From Styela clava (Eukaryota): 64,000 nt of DNA. A model generated the notes under the pieces. It was not told where the DNA came from, made no database searches, and saw nothing but the letters and a program-made list of their open reading frames with translations. The stretch lies in the NCBI RefSeq assembly GCF_964204865.1, contig NC_135260.1, forward strand, positions 6,944,001-7,008,000, in the 5' to 3' direction. The position numbers and the translations under genes were made by a program. Every line of letters starts with the position of its first letter. The stretch's first letter is position 1. This document shows positions 35,701 to 49,778 of the stretch, in pieces.

Positions 35701-38089
35701 TATTTAATTGTATATTTATTTTTAAGGTAAAATATTTTGTATGTTTATTTTATATTTAATAGTTTATAATTATGTTGTATTTTCTATTTTTCTCGTGATT
35801 GCATGCTGATATGCTAAACCAGCAATGAATTGCTTGCGAAATTGCTCACTCAAATAAAAAATGCTACGGCGTATTAGGTATCAATCTTAAAGTAACATTA
35901 CTTCCCAAGTGAACGCGCGAGACAATTTTTAACAATAATGTGATGTTCGTTCTTTTTTAAATCTAGCATCGTATGAGTAAAATAACAATATCTATTTTAT
36001 TTCAATCCAGTAGTTATTGAGAAAGCGAACAACAAGATAAATACTTTTAACAAAACAACAACATAATAAAAAAAAGATCTGTATGTACAACAAATTCCTA
36101 ACTTTAGATACAATTAAATAGTTTTCTAAATGCGTTGTTCATCGACCATATATATATATTTGTTTCAACAAAAAATGTTGAAAAACTTTTATCTTCCCTC
36201 AGAAACCTATTTTGTTGTTGTTTGTATATTTCCAGAATACACCAAAAAGACTAATTGTACTGCTTTCATTTATAACCGTTAATTGTCGCCCAATTGCGAG
36301 GGATGGTTGTTCAACTTAAACATGACTGGTTGTTTAGCTTGTATTCACGACAGAAATTTTAATTTGTCGTTTATTCTTAATCAAGTGAGAAGTTTATGAT
36401 GTTAGAGTTAGACGCAGCTCCCAGATAATATATTATTTATCACCTGTTTTCGAGGCATTATATCTATACGGTATTTGAACGTCAATAGGATGACGCATTT
36501 CAAATGCTCCCGAGCGTGTTCCACAGAAGAATGAAACATTTATACCTTGATGCCTACATTAAACATGTTTTTCCAATTCCCGCACTGAAAAAGTCAAGAT
36601 CGCATTGATTCTTAACGCCAGGGGTTTGTTACCCAATTGTGTTATTTTGCCATGCGCAAATACTTTTTTAAAAAATCAATAAGTTCCAAGCAAGATATTG
36701 GTAACAAGAAATCCTGTAAGACCATTTCATTATCACCATTAAATAAATGTACGTATTTAGGCTATTGTCGTAATAACCTGATTTAAATAATATACATTAT
36801 TCGAATCACCTACCTTCAATAGGATATATTATATGTTAATCTTTGCTGAAGACTTGAAATGGAGAAATTTGATTTGTAAAAAGAAACAAACAGAATTGAA
36901 ATTTCTGATGGGTTACTCTCATAAGAATTTCTTGAATGTTTAGTCAAGTTCTGGTCGCTCGTGCTGCGCGCACCTGCGTAAATATGCAATGTAACGTAAC
37001 AATAGCGACGTGAGTACGTAATAATCGTTGCATTGTTAAAAACTGTTGCGATCACCTGTGAAAACTAATCGTTTAACCTCAAATATTAGTTGTACAGTTA
37101 CCGTGCTTACGCAACGTGAGGTAACAAAAAGCATCAAATAATATTTACCGACTGATCTAATGTCTGAGGTAAATTGAACAATATTCAGTATATTTTAACA
37201 GAAATTTATAGCATGTGAAAGTTTGCAAATAGTGCCGTAGTCCGTTTAACCTCTAGTTTGGTATATAATGGTATTGACGAAGCTGGATTTTCCATGAACA
37301 TTTATGCACAGTTTTTCAAAACATAAATCATGCTATGACACATTTGAAAATATATTAAAAAATCATTCATTTACTAAAAAGAGTTGCTTTTTTATACACT
37401 CGGCGGGTGATAAAACTTTAACCAATTTTGTTTGGATTAAAGCGTTTAGGTTACCGTCAGTAACATTTATCCTCAAAAACTGTTAAGTGCGGTATCATTA
37501 AAGTTGCTGTCCAATAAGTTCATCCATTCATTCATGATTCAATAGATATTTATTGTGCTCCAATAAAAAGTAAAGACGCCCGGTTTGAAATTTGTTTTGT
37601 CCATTCGCCTACGCGTCTATGAATCGATATGTAAATGTTAAAACTTTATAGACTAATATGTAACAAGCAATAAAAAATATAAGTACAAGGGGTATCCGAA
37701 CTTTGTACTGATATTCTGATAATACTGATAATAGATATTCTGCTTCTACCAATTCGGTTATATAGAAAGACACAATAATAATGCAAAAATATACGGACAC
37801 AAAAATCACGCATCGGTAACGACAGTACGTCCAGAGAGCACTGAGTTTACTGTAAAGATTAGCGCACAAGCAACACTGAGGTACTTGAGTACTTGAGCAA
37901 TGCAGTAATCAGTAGTTGGTTTTCTCACCCTACTGAAAGCACACTTACAATTTACAAATTGCAATAAATATTTAAAAAGCATTCAAGGTGAGGGGAGCCG
38001 CGAGAAACCAAATTTGGTTATCGAGCAGTGGCACCAATGCGGAATGAGAGGGCAAAATTTTTAAACTCTGTGGAAATGAAAAAAAAAAT

Positions 38090-38290
38090 ATAATTAGAAG
38101 GCTTACAGAGATTTCTTCCATATTTAATAACTAAAAATTTGAATTTGATTGGTGCGGTATTTGCGCTAAAAGCGGGGTTTTCTCAACAACAACAACAACC
38201 ACAACAGCAACAATAATAATGACAACAGCAACAACAACAACAACACGAATTCAGAAAAATAATCCCTATAGGTCTTACGTGCCCGATAAC
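38090..38290 (+). mobile_element. Diverged copy of the (CAA)n-containing HINE-like family
   Basis: Core similarity (ACTAAAAATTTGAA...TTGGTGCGGTATT...AAAAGCG), (CAA)n at 38184-38244, tail CTATAGGTC..CGTGCCCGAT. Weaker copies near 36000, 42500 and 44050. Confidence 0.5.
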
Positions 38291-40456
38291 GATACAAGGC
38301 AGATGAAAATATTTATTGTAATTTAACGTTCTGTTTTTACTACAAAGACTGTATCGGGCTAAAATAATTCTAAGCGTACCGATTTTGTTTTGATTTTGAC
38401 AGTCAAACATTTGCTGGGAGAGTTTGCCAAGTTAGGTCACTGCACACCGACGGTTGTCTGCAACTCTTCTATCTATACCTTTTTCAAAATTAGATAAAGG
38501 TGTGACACCTTGCTTGTAGTAAACTTGTTTAGAAAGAAAATTGAAAAACAAGCCCAATAATTGTCAAGTCAAATTCAAAAAGAATATTTTGATATTAACT
38601 AAGTACTGGTGTTGTAGGCCATCTCTGAGAAACCAGCATTCACTAACGGTTTTCGCCTCAATACAACGCAACTCACTAGGTATACTTATTTGTTTTTAAC
38701 TGATATATATTCAGTTTTTGTATTGTTTGAGTCAATTTCCCAAATGACAGAAGATTATAAAGGCGTACTGCATTCGCTCACGAGAATTGAGAACTTGTCG
38801 TTCACGTCAGGAACCGTTCAACTTTGTTCAGACTTTGGCGCCTGATTGAATTTGCGGTAGCAGTTTTTAAAATAAAAATCATTGAATCTCCAGTAATGAA
38901 TTTTTCTTCATTAGTAAATTAAAAGTGACCTGTTGGATAGCACTTGATTGAATGAAAATTACTGAATTATAAAACAAAGTTTTCAAAGTATACATCATTC
39001 TGCATAAACATGTCGATTTATGCTTTATTGAGTGTAGCGCAACTGTCTTTATTGACCATTAGGTGACCTGAAATGTAAATATCATATCTTTCCTCACGTC
39101 GTTGAGTAAATATCAAAATTCATCTTGACAAATAAATAGCTTTCGAAAAACATGATCCACTAAATCTGATAAAACTGAGGTAAACAAGAAAAAAGTTAAT
39201 AGCGTTTTACATCAATTCTCGTGAGAGAATTTATTTGTTAGAATATAGTGCTTTCTAGAATTATTGTTTGGTGTGAAGCTAATATATTTTTTCTTTCACA
39301 ACAATTAATGACATGATACATATCAGAGATGAACTACGAAAAGTTTCAATCAGAATACCTATCGCGCAAAGCACTGGTTGGATTTTTTGAGATATATTTT
39401 TCTCCCTATCAAACTATTTGAAAGATAATTATTATAAGTTGCTTATTTCAGGATGCAAAAATAAAAGTATTCGTGAACAACACAAAATTTTTACAGATAA
39501 ACTTGACAAATTATTTTTGACTTTATTGTGTCATACACCACACCACAATAGGTATACAATTCGAAAAAGAGGATTTTAGGAATATTAGTTAAAGCGAAAT
39601 AATATCTTACCCTAGGTTGAATGTAATTATTGGGATTTATTTAGGCTTAATTGCCCCTTTCACCCTTGTTTTTCTGTTTTAAATCTTTATCGTCATGAGT
39701 TATACCTCACGGAACTGTAAATTTTAGAAACTTAAAAATATATAATATGCGCGTGTCATCGCTTATATTTTGTATTTTTAATATGAGCGGAAGTCGATTA
39801 GATTCCCAACGGCAGAACCGCAAAAAGTCTGTTAATATACAGTGTGCACAAACCGTCGAAATTTTTTGGAGAATACAAACTCGTAAAAATTTTATGCAGC
39901 TTAAAATTGTTCATTCTATTTCGGCATATTTCCACGCATCATCATAAATTCTAATACGTGGAGTCAATTAAATCATAACGGACACTATAAAATATTTTAT
40001 AGCACGCTTCCGCTAGACAAAACGGCGACATATTTATTGCATATTAACTAAAATTATCTTTTTTACGATGTAACCTAAATCAATTCCATCAATAGACTAT
40101 TGTTTAGCTGCCCATCATATTATACACACCAACTCACGTATTGTTGTTTGAAATTTACGTCTTATATGAGTAAAACAACGGTAATAAAATATTTGGTTTC
40201 TGCGAGACTAACTACTTATCCTTCTTCTATGCTTTTGTGCCGGCGGATCCGTATGCATATAATGCAAGGATGCTGTAGCAAGAGGAGAGTATTACCATTT
40301 TGCGGTAATTAGATTAGAAATATCCATTTCTAAAAGCTTAAAAATTATTGTTTAGTTTTAAATGAAATTGGGTGAATTTGAACACAAAATTAAACATTTT
40401 CTGTCATTCCTAATTGGGATACTTGTGTAACACGCGCAAAAATCGTCGATAACTCG

Positions 40457-40715
40457 GCTGTGTGGCACATCGTGCTTAGCGTTAGGAATACGCCCGTCCC
40501 ACACCTCCGATTATCTTGCGTGGGTTCGCAGGTTAGATATATGCGAGAGGATTGCTGAACTCCTCGCCGCCGTAGGGTGGTTCACCATCCTCCATCAAGT
40601 TCCTCCACCATCAAGCTCATGCTTCTACAAACAAATAACTGGAAAACTAATCCCACGCCTGACATGGACTGGAAACCGGCTCCCGGGTTAAATATGTCAA
40701 TCCTTTTCTACCCTA
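40457..40715 (+). mobile_element. tRNA-derived SINE, internally deleted
   Basis: GC-rich island with A-box-like GTGGCACATCGTG, B-box-like GGTTCG, a body and a simple-repeat-like tail; no intact cloverleaf. Confidence 0.7.
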
Positions 40716-43700
40716 ACAATATAGGAATAACAATAAAAATGACGGTCAGTATAAAGGGAAATAAACCATCAAACAACTACTAACTTTTATACGTTTGCGG
40801 TTTCCACCCCCTGCTTAGATTAAATAGAGAAAAAAAAATAAGATTAACCACTGTAAGACAATTGTTCATTAGTTGAGTTCATTTACATGGCTTTGGTTTA
40901 CTTTATAGGAATGAAAGAAATTCGCAAATCTAATGCCTTATTAGCATAATGAAATAACAATTGGAAATGAAAAATAATTAGTAGAAGTATCTAGATTCTA
41001 GAAGATCTAAATGCAAATGAATTATATTGAATGAAAAAAGTGTTGCATCATGTTTGTTTATTGATTAAATTTCCATGAGAAAATAAAGTTGAGTCGCCTG
41101 GTATATCGGTATCAATTGAAAAAAGATTTCCTATCTGAGAATTATTAATTTCACACTTTTGGATTTGGAATTTAGGATCCTGGCACCGCCCTTCATTAAA
41201 TGTATCGGATTAAAAATATTTAATGACTTTGATAATTGTCGCATCCTTGTGAGCGTGTGCTCTATACGTTTGTGCGCGTGCCAGTTGATGGCGAGAGTAA
41301 TTAGGTAATTATGTATTCATCAAACATCATGACGTATTTATTACATTTTGATTGTTATAGTATAGTATGATGTGGACACTGTAAAAGGCATGAATAAAAT
41401 AGATAATCAACATGCTTTAGAAGATAATGGTACCACATTTCAATTAAATTTTATTTAAGAACTATGATAAACTTTTGAAGCAGAATCGCATTTTTAATCG
41501 AACAAGCACAAGTAGGGCAAACCTCAAATATACATAACATGCCAACAGCCTGTTCATAGCACTATAAGATAATAAAATAAATATGTATTCCAAAGACAAT
41601 TATTGAATGAAGAAAAATATCAAAAATAGAAGTAAACAAGAGGTATAACAACCAACACTTAACACAAAAATATAAAAATATGCAACTAGTAAAAAGTAAT
41701 CGAGACAACTTCGAGCTTTCGTGGGAAAGATTTATCAAAAGAAAGACAAAATAGTTGTCTTTTTACTGAGTCCCGGTACAAATGAACCATATCCGAATTG
41801 CCTCTGTCTGATGTTTGAGACGCGGTCATTGCCAATCACCGGTGAAAAATTAATGATGTTTGTACATCGTCCTGAATTGGACAAAATACGACAAAAACAA
41901 ATAAACAAAAAACAAACTTTTCAACTTGGAAAATAATGATGTTTGCTCATCTGTCTGTCTGTTGTCTCAAAGTCACGGAAAATCGAGAGTATCTTCAGCT
42001 GATAAGCCTGAAATATTCCAAAGCTTATTATTTTGAAGGCACGATATGAGCCATCGAACATATCCACTTCGACACAGCATTTTTATAGATCAGTTTTGCA
42101 AAGGTAAGATTTCAAGTCTTATCTTATTTCACATTCATTCTTTTAATTCATAAATGTTATTTTTAATATGGGTTGTTACATAGTTGGTACATTTTTGGGG
42201 AATTTACAAAATCTTAAAATGGTGATATCATATGCTGTTGTGCTGTCAGAAATATTGGCTGTATGCACAAAAATATAAGAATGTTTTCAATAGTTCGAAG
42301 CATATTGTTTCAATTTTAAAAATCATGACAGGTCCCAATCAAGGCGCACATTAGATGACGTAGATAGGTGGACAAACAAAACAGCAGCAGTAAACATTTT
42401 TGGTGGATTATCGGGTCCTATAGGTAAAATTAAAAAATAAATAAATATGAGTTATTGCCTTCTATTGAATTCATCCTTCAAGTAATGAAAATCTGAATTG
42501 AGTTGCGGAGAAAACTAATTTATTCAAATAACAACAAGAAAAACCCAAACAACAACAATAACAAAACGAAAAATGTAGCATTATGATCTATATGTACCAT
42601 TCGTGTCTACTAAATTTATATTGTTTTAACAACTTATCAACTTTCTTTGTTTTGCCGAAGCATAAATCATCCCTCGAACCAATGGTTTTCTAATTAAAGT
42701 TTCCTCGCATCAAGGGTGCGTGACTGTGATACACCAAGTGTTAGTCGAAAAGTTTCTTCATTATTGTTTGATCAGAAAATTCATGATGAACAAATCTATG
42801 TTGAGTCATAAATGGGTGTTCTAGACACGTATCTTAAACCACAATTTGTTTAAGAGCTTTAAATTTTACATCACTTTCTAACCGCATTATAAAACGACAA
42901 ACGCATTTATATTTTATATATGTAGTCAGTCACTCGCGAGTGATGCCTGACTTCATTTCGCAATTGAGAAAAATAATATGATGGCCCTCAATTTACGAGA
43001 GTATGGGTAAACACGAACTAGGGATAGTCCGTAACATTACCTGTTCGTGTCAACTTTGTGCGTCAAGTGCGTTGCCTTACGCAACCACTTAAACTTGGAA
43101 TAAATATTTGACATCAAACAAATCATTTCAACATATGAACCTTAGACCTTACAGAAGTCGTTTCTCATTATATTTACAATCTGAAACGTGCGATAGAATT
43201 TCGTGGGTTCTTTCAAAATTGTTTAGTTTTATTCACTTTTTGAATTGCTTTGTATACAGTAGTTCCGAACATCATCACATCAGGCTTTTGACTATAAAAT
43301 AACTTTTGAGTGGAGCAAACCAAATGTACGAATCAAATCAATCCAACATTGTCAGTGCAATACAATCACACATTCGTATGGTATTCATATACGTGTTTAA
43401 TCGTGATAAATAAATAGCTTTAATTAACGCACCCTTTTATGAATATTATGAATGTCATCTTGTCTCATGTTCTGTTCATCGCACTAACTATAAAAATATC
43501 AATGAATTGATGATAATTTAGTCTCAAATACTGTTTTGGATTTGTCGTACTCTCGGCTTAACAGATTAAGTTTTATAAAATTAAAAAATTCTTTCCAAAA
43601 CTTGCTATATTGTTCAAACGAAATATTCACGTCAGTTGCTTAACATAACTCTCGATCGATCTGATTTTTACATTGATGTAGTTTAGATACTTAGAAATCT

Positions 43701-45713
43701 ATTTATCAATTTATTATTTATGGTATTATAAGTTATGTAGACACGTAGTTTTTCTGCTAAAATCCGCAGTTTCGATTCTTTTGTTTATCCTTAGATAGAT
43801 AAAACATTTTTATTCTAAGATTTTTTTACCATCAAAAAAATTCAATAATGATAATGCCATAAGAATTTACTGATGTTTATGCTACCGACTTATCTGGAAG
43901 AAGAGTTGCATCATTTGATCGGGTAAATGACAATCTTTAATAACAAAAATAAACAATTGACTGCTACAATATTTTACGTTAAAAATTGGTGTCTTTACTC
44001 GTAACGTTAGAAAATTTTACATTATTATACATAAGTTGCAGTGATTACAATCTTAATAAAGTACTTGGTCCAATAATTAAAAGAAAAGCGATTTTTTCAC
44101 AACAAGACGTAGAAGAAATATACTAACAACAACAAGTAGAACAACAACAACATAAAACATGTACTATACATAAAACTGAGGCTTATTTAGGTCATAATAC
44201 ACATGTTTAATTGCTATTGGTTAATTTCAATAACGGTTGGTATGTTGAGAATCAACATTGTAAACGTTATATAGTAATGATGTGCACAATACATTTTATA
44301 AATACTGAAGTTGATCGTTATTAAAATGTTGCATTTTATACGTTTGATCATATCGTGATTCAATTCTGCTGATTAGTTGCCAGTTTATCGAAATTCTAAA
44401 CGAAATGATTTAAAAATTGAGTGACTTTTACAAGTCCTTAAAGTTTGTTAGTGGTTCAGAATAATATTTGAAGCCTTCTTGTGAACTGAATTATAACCGG
44501 AATCCAAAGTATCATCTAATGGATGACATTGTGGTAAGCGCCTACGATACGATGTTGTAAGGAAAAACTTTGAGATAAGCTGTGCGTTGATTTAGTTTAT
44601 GTTCAAAGCAGTTCTGAACAATAAATATAAACAAACGCAAAATTAAGGTTTAGCATAGGTTGTTTAAGTATTAACAACACTTTCAACAGATAGTCAATTC
44701 AACAAGTATGGTGCAAAATGTGAAGCTTTCGTGTAAACATTAATTACGGTTTACCGATGGATGAAAGTTTATTTACATTTTACTGCCGCAATGCCGTTTC
44801 AGTAATGATATAAACAATGAAAATATCGTAACAGAGAAATTTTAAACAAACTGACAAATTCTCAGAAGTTGATACTGAGCTTACTTAAATATCTTATCTA
44901 CTTCACGTTATATCCTGACTATAAATTTGTAAATAAATAGTAACTTAGCTTGTATGATTTTTTATTTTAGTTCTGGCGCATTAACTTATTGGCGTTTAAT
45001 AAATTTTTATATGTTGAATTACACCGTCTTTTCTTTCACACATGGAATTTATATTTTTGTCTTCCCTATAAAATTTGTAACAAAGAAGTATACAATTGGC
45101 ATTTAAATTAGAGTAACGTACTCTAGAAAACCAGATCAAGTTGTTTTTTATTTTTACAATCTTGCATTATTTGTAAATTCTTACTACGTACAGCATTTTT
45201 TTCATCCCATGTGTTATTAAGATTCAACTCGAAGTTACTCACTTTTGATAACTTCGATTCGATAGTGTGTCATTTTCAAACAGCGGGGACATCGTGTTAT
45301 ACAAGCTGACTACAAGTGGCCGATTGGTGAAACATTGCCAACAAACTGTATTAATTTGTTGTTACAACAATATCAGGTTGAAGTTTAGAATTTGCTTCTA
45401 ACACGTAGAATAGAAGTGTGTTCCTAGACATATAGGATTGCGATTGGCCCGGATTGGGCAAGATTTATCATCGTGAAACGAGGACCATTCTCCGATACTA
45501 TTCATGTTTTGTAGTTGGTGTAAACATCTACTTACTTACTTGAAATTAGTGAAAGCATGAACTCATGAGAAGATGAATTCATTTAAGTTCATTTGTTTTG
45601 GCGACACTTCATTATAAATATACTATCGTTTTGCTTTTAATTGCTCTCATCAAGAAGTACATTGTCTGTTTTCTGACGTTGATACTGCGTATATTGGAAA
45701 AACATCATTCTAA

Positions 45714-45927
45714 GGCGCTCCAGAAGTGTGTGTACCAATATGGAAGTGACCAATTTTGTTCGCCTACTTTACATCAAGTTGTGTAAAGGAATTGAAACTT
45801 ATGAACAGGGGGTATATTCACTTAGCTAACAGAGACAGTCCCCGGACTCGTAATATAACTAAAATAAGGAAACTCGTAATAAAATTATGGCCTAACCAAA
45901 ACATGGTACACACACTACGGGAGTACC
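45714..45927. mobile_element. Old copy of the Merlin-like MITE family
   Basis: Ends GGCGCTCCAGAAGTGTGTGTACCA / TGGTACACACACTACGGGAGTACC; TSD-like CATTCTAA / CATTCATA. Confidence 0.75.
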
Positions 45928-46557
45928 CATTCATAACGCCCTCAGTCTCGTAGTCTATCTGTATATGATTGACAATCCCCCTTTTTATCGTGTTGTAATT
46001 TAACAACATCATTTTTCTTTTGGCCATATTTTATTTCTTTTGATATTTTTTGTTCGAAAAGGATAACACATTCTTTTAAAAATAGATTAGTGTCACAGTG
46101 AAAAATTAAAGAGAATAATGCTTCATTGTTCGGTCACCAGTGATAACGATATTTGTATTATGCAAATAGTTGATAAAAACAAGTTTAATTCAATTTTTCG
46201 CATGAAAAACTGTTGAGAAAAATATAAAAAGTATTCTAAAGAAACTTAAAATGACACCATTTTTCAGGTGTCGTGACGGAACTGTGTTATACAATGTTGT
46301 ACTTTACCAAAAATAAAAATAAAAAACTGCAACTAAAAAAGCATGACAATTTAAAAAATGTTCATATAGCATTTAAATCCAAAATTGGCACAAATATATG
46401 ATTGTATAATTCGAATAAATCTTCTTGGCTTAGTTGGTTGACACAATCGTTCAGTTTGAATCTCAGTTTCTCCACGATCCTCGGAGCGATTTGATTTCTT
46501 TTATCTTACGTCATCAGTTTATCGATGACGTCACATTCAAATACAATTTGATTTCTG

Positions 46558-46733
46558 TCATGTATGGCGTTTCATATGAAGAGACAAATGATCTGATCTA
46601 CTGAAAGCTCTTTCACAAAGAGTACATTTGAAAGGACGATGTCCTGTGTGCTTTCGAAAATGACGTGTGAGTTCGTCTGAACGAGCAAATCTCCAACCGC
46701 ATCCAACCCACGTACATTGGTAAGGTTTTTCAC
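46558..46733 (-). CDS. KLF1/2/4: KLF last coding exon (zinc fingers 2-3); missed by the ORF track in this frame
   Basis: Acceptor TTTTGCAG at 46734; reads GEKPYQC...LHMKRHT*. Confidence 0.96.
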
Positions 46734-49583
46734 CTGCAAAATAAAGTAAAAAATTATTAAAATCATTTCAAATGTTGAGTTACTAAAAAATGCCATGTGA
46801 AATTTAAAAAAAATGTATATATCTTATCGTATTTATCGCAAAGGTTTCCGATAAATATGTAGAGATTAAATATAGATTATGTGATTATGATTCAATATTC
46901 GTATACTTAGCAAAATAAAATATTAATTATTAGTATATTTTTTTCATTAATCTTTGAACAATACTGGGCGTTGCTTATTCTATAAATTTATTTATTTTGA
47001 AAAATACATTGGGGTTTATCATCTGTTCTGTGAGTGAAGTATATGTATCCTAAATTTGAGTAGCTTCTACTTTTATATTTTTTTTATAAACTATTATGTA
47101 AATATCAGAAACACGCTTCTGTACATAGGATTACTTTTTAAAATTATATTGCTTTTGACCCCGTATTTCTATTTTAAGCATTAACGGTAAGCAAGAACGG
47201 CGTGTTAATCAAGGTAATCAATGTTACGGATACGGTTTGCCTAATAAATCGTATAGTTTAGTGACTTTTACTTCACTTTTTATATTTTGACATGCGTGTT
47301 GTCTAGAGACTTTAGTGCGCATATCTCATTATCAACTCTGCTTGAGCAATTCACATATCTGATTCGATTTTACAACCTAAATCAACCTTAAAGCTTCAAT
47401 CAATAATATGAATGCCTGTATCGTTGTAAACATCGAAAATTTATCGATGGACGTCTGAATTATATATATATATATATAAACAGATAAGCTGGCATTTCGG
47501 TGTGCTAAACATCCTTAGTTTTGATAAACATTTTATTGACGAACCAAAGAACGTCAAAGTGCGCAACAATTACTATCAATGGTAATAAAGATCTAACATA
47601 ATCACATAAGCGTATCGCATATGTGCCATCGTAGCTTTTACTTAGCACGACATGCTTCTGACACGTTGAGTTAACGTCAAAATTTTTTTTATTTTTGCAG
47701 TTAAAAAAATCTTTTGCCATTTGTTTCCGTTTTCTCCTCTGCTAATGTAAATGCGAATATTAGAAATATAAATTCATTTTATTCACCTGTATGTGTTCTC
47801 ATATGAGCCTTCAAGTGTGAACTTTTATTATAAGTTTTGCCGCATCCCCCGTGTTCACAAACATGAATTGTAGCCTTCTTTCGTCTTGTTCCAGTTCTTC
47901 GTGGCTTTTTGGCAGCAGGTTTTGTGGATTTTAGATATGGAGGGAAATTTTGAAAACCATTTTGCTGGTTATAATATTGCGTTTGAAATGGAACCTGAAA
48001 TACATAAAATAAACAATTGAATGGTAAATTTATATCGTTCAAACATTAAACTTTGTTGCAATATTGAACTTCGCAAGATTTTCAACAACAGCAAATCCTA
48101 TTTTAGACAGCTAATTTAATTCAATTGTCATCGGAATTTGATAAATAGGGATTTCATTTTCTTCGAAATTACGAGACAGGTAAAATTGTTGTCTGTCTGT
48201 CACATGCATTTCGTCAGGTTCACGTTATTCTGGCGCGCGACAGAGTCGTTATTCTGTCACAAATGAATAAGCAGGTATTATAATCAGATTCGTAAAATTT
48301 TTATTTGATTTGTTTGTCGCCTTTAATTACTAGTTGTGTCGTCACAGATAGTTTCATTCGAGACAAAAAGAATATTTACCGACGTCATAATATCTACAAG
48401 AACAATACACACAGGATGTAATGAGCCATTTAAAGCGGTATTTAGAGATTTTACTGTCGCTTAGTAGATGCAATCTATAATTACATGTGACGCCTTGCTA
48501 CTGTGTCCACGCGAATACAATTTATGATACGACTACCCCCGAATGTTTCACAGAAAGTCTTCTTTGAATATATTAAATGGAAAGTGTATATCCCAAAAAC
48601 AAGTTTTAAATTAAAGTCCTGTTGAGATATGTCCATCGTTTAATGGTATTCGGAGAAATGCAAATATAATACTATTTTAAAAAAATCAGTCATTACTTGT
48701 TTTATAATTTTACCTTTTGTGTGAACACATCTGCATGTTGTGGATCAAAAATCATTCCATTGTGTTGATAGTTGTTGAACTGATGACTTTCATAATAATG
48801 TTGATGTTGTTGTTGAACGTCACAATGCGTATGTGAAAATTGATTTTGAAATCCGGAAGTAAAATTTGTGGTTACGGAAGCACACTTTGTAAAACTGGAT
48901 GACATATTTGACGTCACGGAATTCATTGGCATGTTTGGGGTGCATGTGTTGCCATTTGACGTAGCACCGACTGTAAACGACGGAACGTCACTCGGAGTAC
49001 GGTTGTACGCAACATTTTGTCTATTGAAAGTAGAGTTGAACATTTCATTTACCTGTACGTGGTTGGGTAATGAAGAGCAATATTCATATGGTGGGTTCGA
49101 TCCCTCAGTTGGTGAAATTGGTGGAGTTAGATCACCATTAGTGAAGTGATATACTCCTTGAACCATGTTATTTGGGACACATTGTTCCATGCGTGTGGGC
49201 GGCACTTGTAAAAATGACTGGTGTTGAACACATGGTAATTCATACTTAGGCCTCAGAGTAAACAAGGGACTTGCAGTCATTGCATCATCAATTGGCAATT
49301 CTGGAGAATTTGCAGTTGTAATCTCTTCCAAAATATCGAATCTGTCGGACTTGTTCGTAAATGTATTGCTATCATCTGAAAGCGGCGATAGAAGTTCTGC
49401 CACGAAACTTTCCGGAATTTGCGGGAGTTCGTCATTTTTATCTGTCGCAAATATTGGCGGTGATTCCCGGCATTCTTCTTCGTCCAGTATGAAGTCGAGA
49501 TAGTCTGAACCATCTGACAAAATATCAGACAAATCTGGAAGTGGTTCAAGTTTGGACAGCTGGTGAACAACGTCAAGCGTCAT
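46558..49583 (-). CDS. KLF1/2/4: Kruppel-like factor, KLF1/2/4 subgroup, 417 aa, three coding exons
   Basis: Exons 48714-49583, 47787-47994, 46558-46733 (1254 nt, GT-AG, in frame). Three C2H2 fingers: [81 protein letters not shown]. The GHRPF linker, LDFIL and LTPPxSP motifs are typical of KLF2/KLF4. Confidence 0.96.
47787..47994 (-). CDS. KLF1/2/4: KLF middle coding exon (basic NLS and zinc finger 1)
   Basis: TTTCAG acceptor, GTGAAT donor; [12 protein letters not shown] followed by finger 1. Confidence 0.96.
48714..49583 (-). CDS. KLF1/2/4: KLF first coding exon (activation region)
   Basis: CAAAAAATG start at 49583; donor AAG|GTAAAA at 48713; acidic N-terminus with DYLDFIL. Confidence 0.9.
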
Positions 49584-49708
49584 TTTTTGCTTGTTAGTGG
49601 TCTTCAAATCAGTATTTTTATAAAAGAAAAATCTACAAAAGTTAAAAACACAATATATTTTATTTCATAATATATATTCTCATCTTTTATATTTTACGTC
49701 ATACTCAC

Positions 49709-49775
49709 AATGCAATGTTGCCGATCTTTGTATACCAGCAACACTCTGTTTTAACTATCTGCTCAACAAATTGCT
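49709..49775 (-). other. Probable non-coding first exon of KLF (76-nt intron 49633-49708)
   Basis: Donor GTGAGT at 49708-49703 and acceptor TTTTGTAG at 49633; the 5' end of the exon is an estimate. Confidence 0.55.
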
Positions 49776-49778
49776 TCA

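Noticed and set aside
38183-38410. Cys-rich, metallothionein-like ORF
   Set aside because: The poly-Cys is the reverse strand of a (CAA)n microsatellite.
40457-40540. tRNA gene
   Set aside because: No complete cloverleaf; continues into a SINE-like body.
41999-42103. Exon-like segment with AG and GTAAGA boundaries
   Set aside because: Stops in all three frames and no partner exons found.
46030-46557. miRNA seed matches in the KLF 3' UTR (GTGCCAA, CACTGTGA)
   Set aside because: Single 7-8mers are expected by chance and conservation cannot be assessed here.
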